From Callorhinchus milii (Eukaryota): a stretch of 64,000 bases of DNA. Of this stretch, positions 63,756 through 64,000 are shown piece by piece (position 1 is the first letter of the stretch; each line of letters begins with the position of its first letter). The position numbers and the translations under genes were made by a program. The notes below the pieces were generated by a model that did not search any database, had not been told where the DNA came from, and saw nothing but the letters and a program-made list of their open reading frames with translations. The stretch spans positions 94,428,001 through 94,492,000 of the forward strand of contig NW_024704742.1 in NCBI RefSeq assembly GCF_018977255.1, given 5' to 3'.

Positions 63756-64000
63756 AGCTCCCCATCCCCCATAGCCAGTTCATGAAACATAATGTTAATA
63801 CAGTGATATAGTTTCAGGTTGATCACAGTAAATCAATTTGCAATTCATTGATCTCAAATATTTGCTTTGAAATTCTGCATCTCCAGAGATTTGACGCATT
63901 TTGCCATTCAATGCATGTTCTATCAGTATTCAAAGAAAAACTTGCATACTTAAAAAAAAATCAAAGGACACAGATACTCTGCCTTATGGATCATTCAATT

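Overview
This is eukaryotic (vertebrate), AT-rich, non-coding DNA, most likely a large intron or an intergenic gene desert. The repeat content (tRNA-headed Deu-domain SINEs with an L2-type tail, young L2 LINEs ending in (GTT)n, many CR1 3' fragments) is consistent with a cartilaginous fish, possibly a chimaera; this is inference only. I cannot support any host protein-coding gene. The only recognisable protein sequence in the ORF track is LINE reverse transcriptase (L2 and CR1); the other ORFs are chance ORFs or SINE read-throughs. The window holds about 17 copies or fragments of a young tRNA/Deu SINE, 4 young and several old L2 copies, CR1 fragments, 4 TA-flanked Tigger/pogo-like MITEs, a hAT-like MITE, a short Helitron-like element and a degraded 28S rRNA fragment split by a SINE. 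The most interesting signals are: SINE subfamilies whose 3' stem-loop matches that of the young L2; a MITE carrying repeated ZNF143-like motifs; a local templated insertion; a perfect 22-bp inverted repeat; a G-U-rich long hairpin outside recognisable repeats; and candidate recursive splice and micro-exon sites. I found no convincing new multi-gene system.
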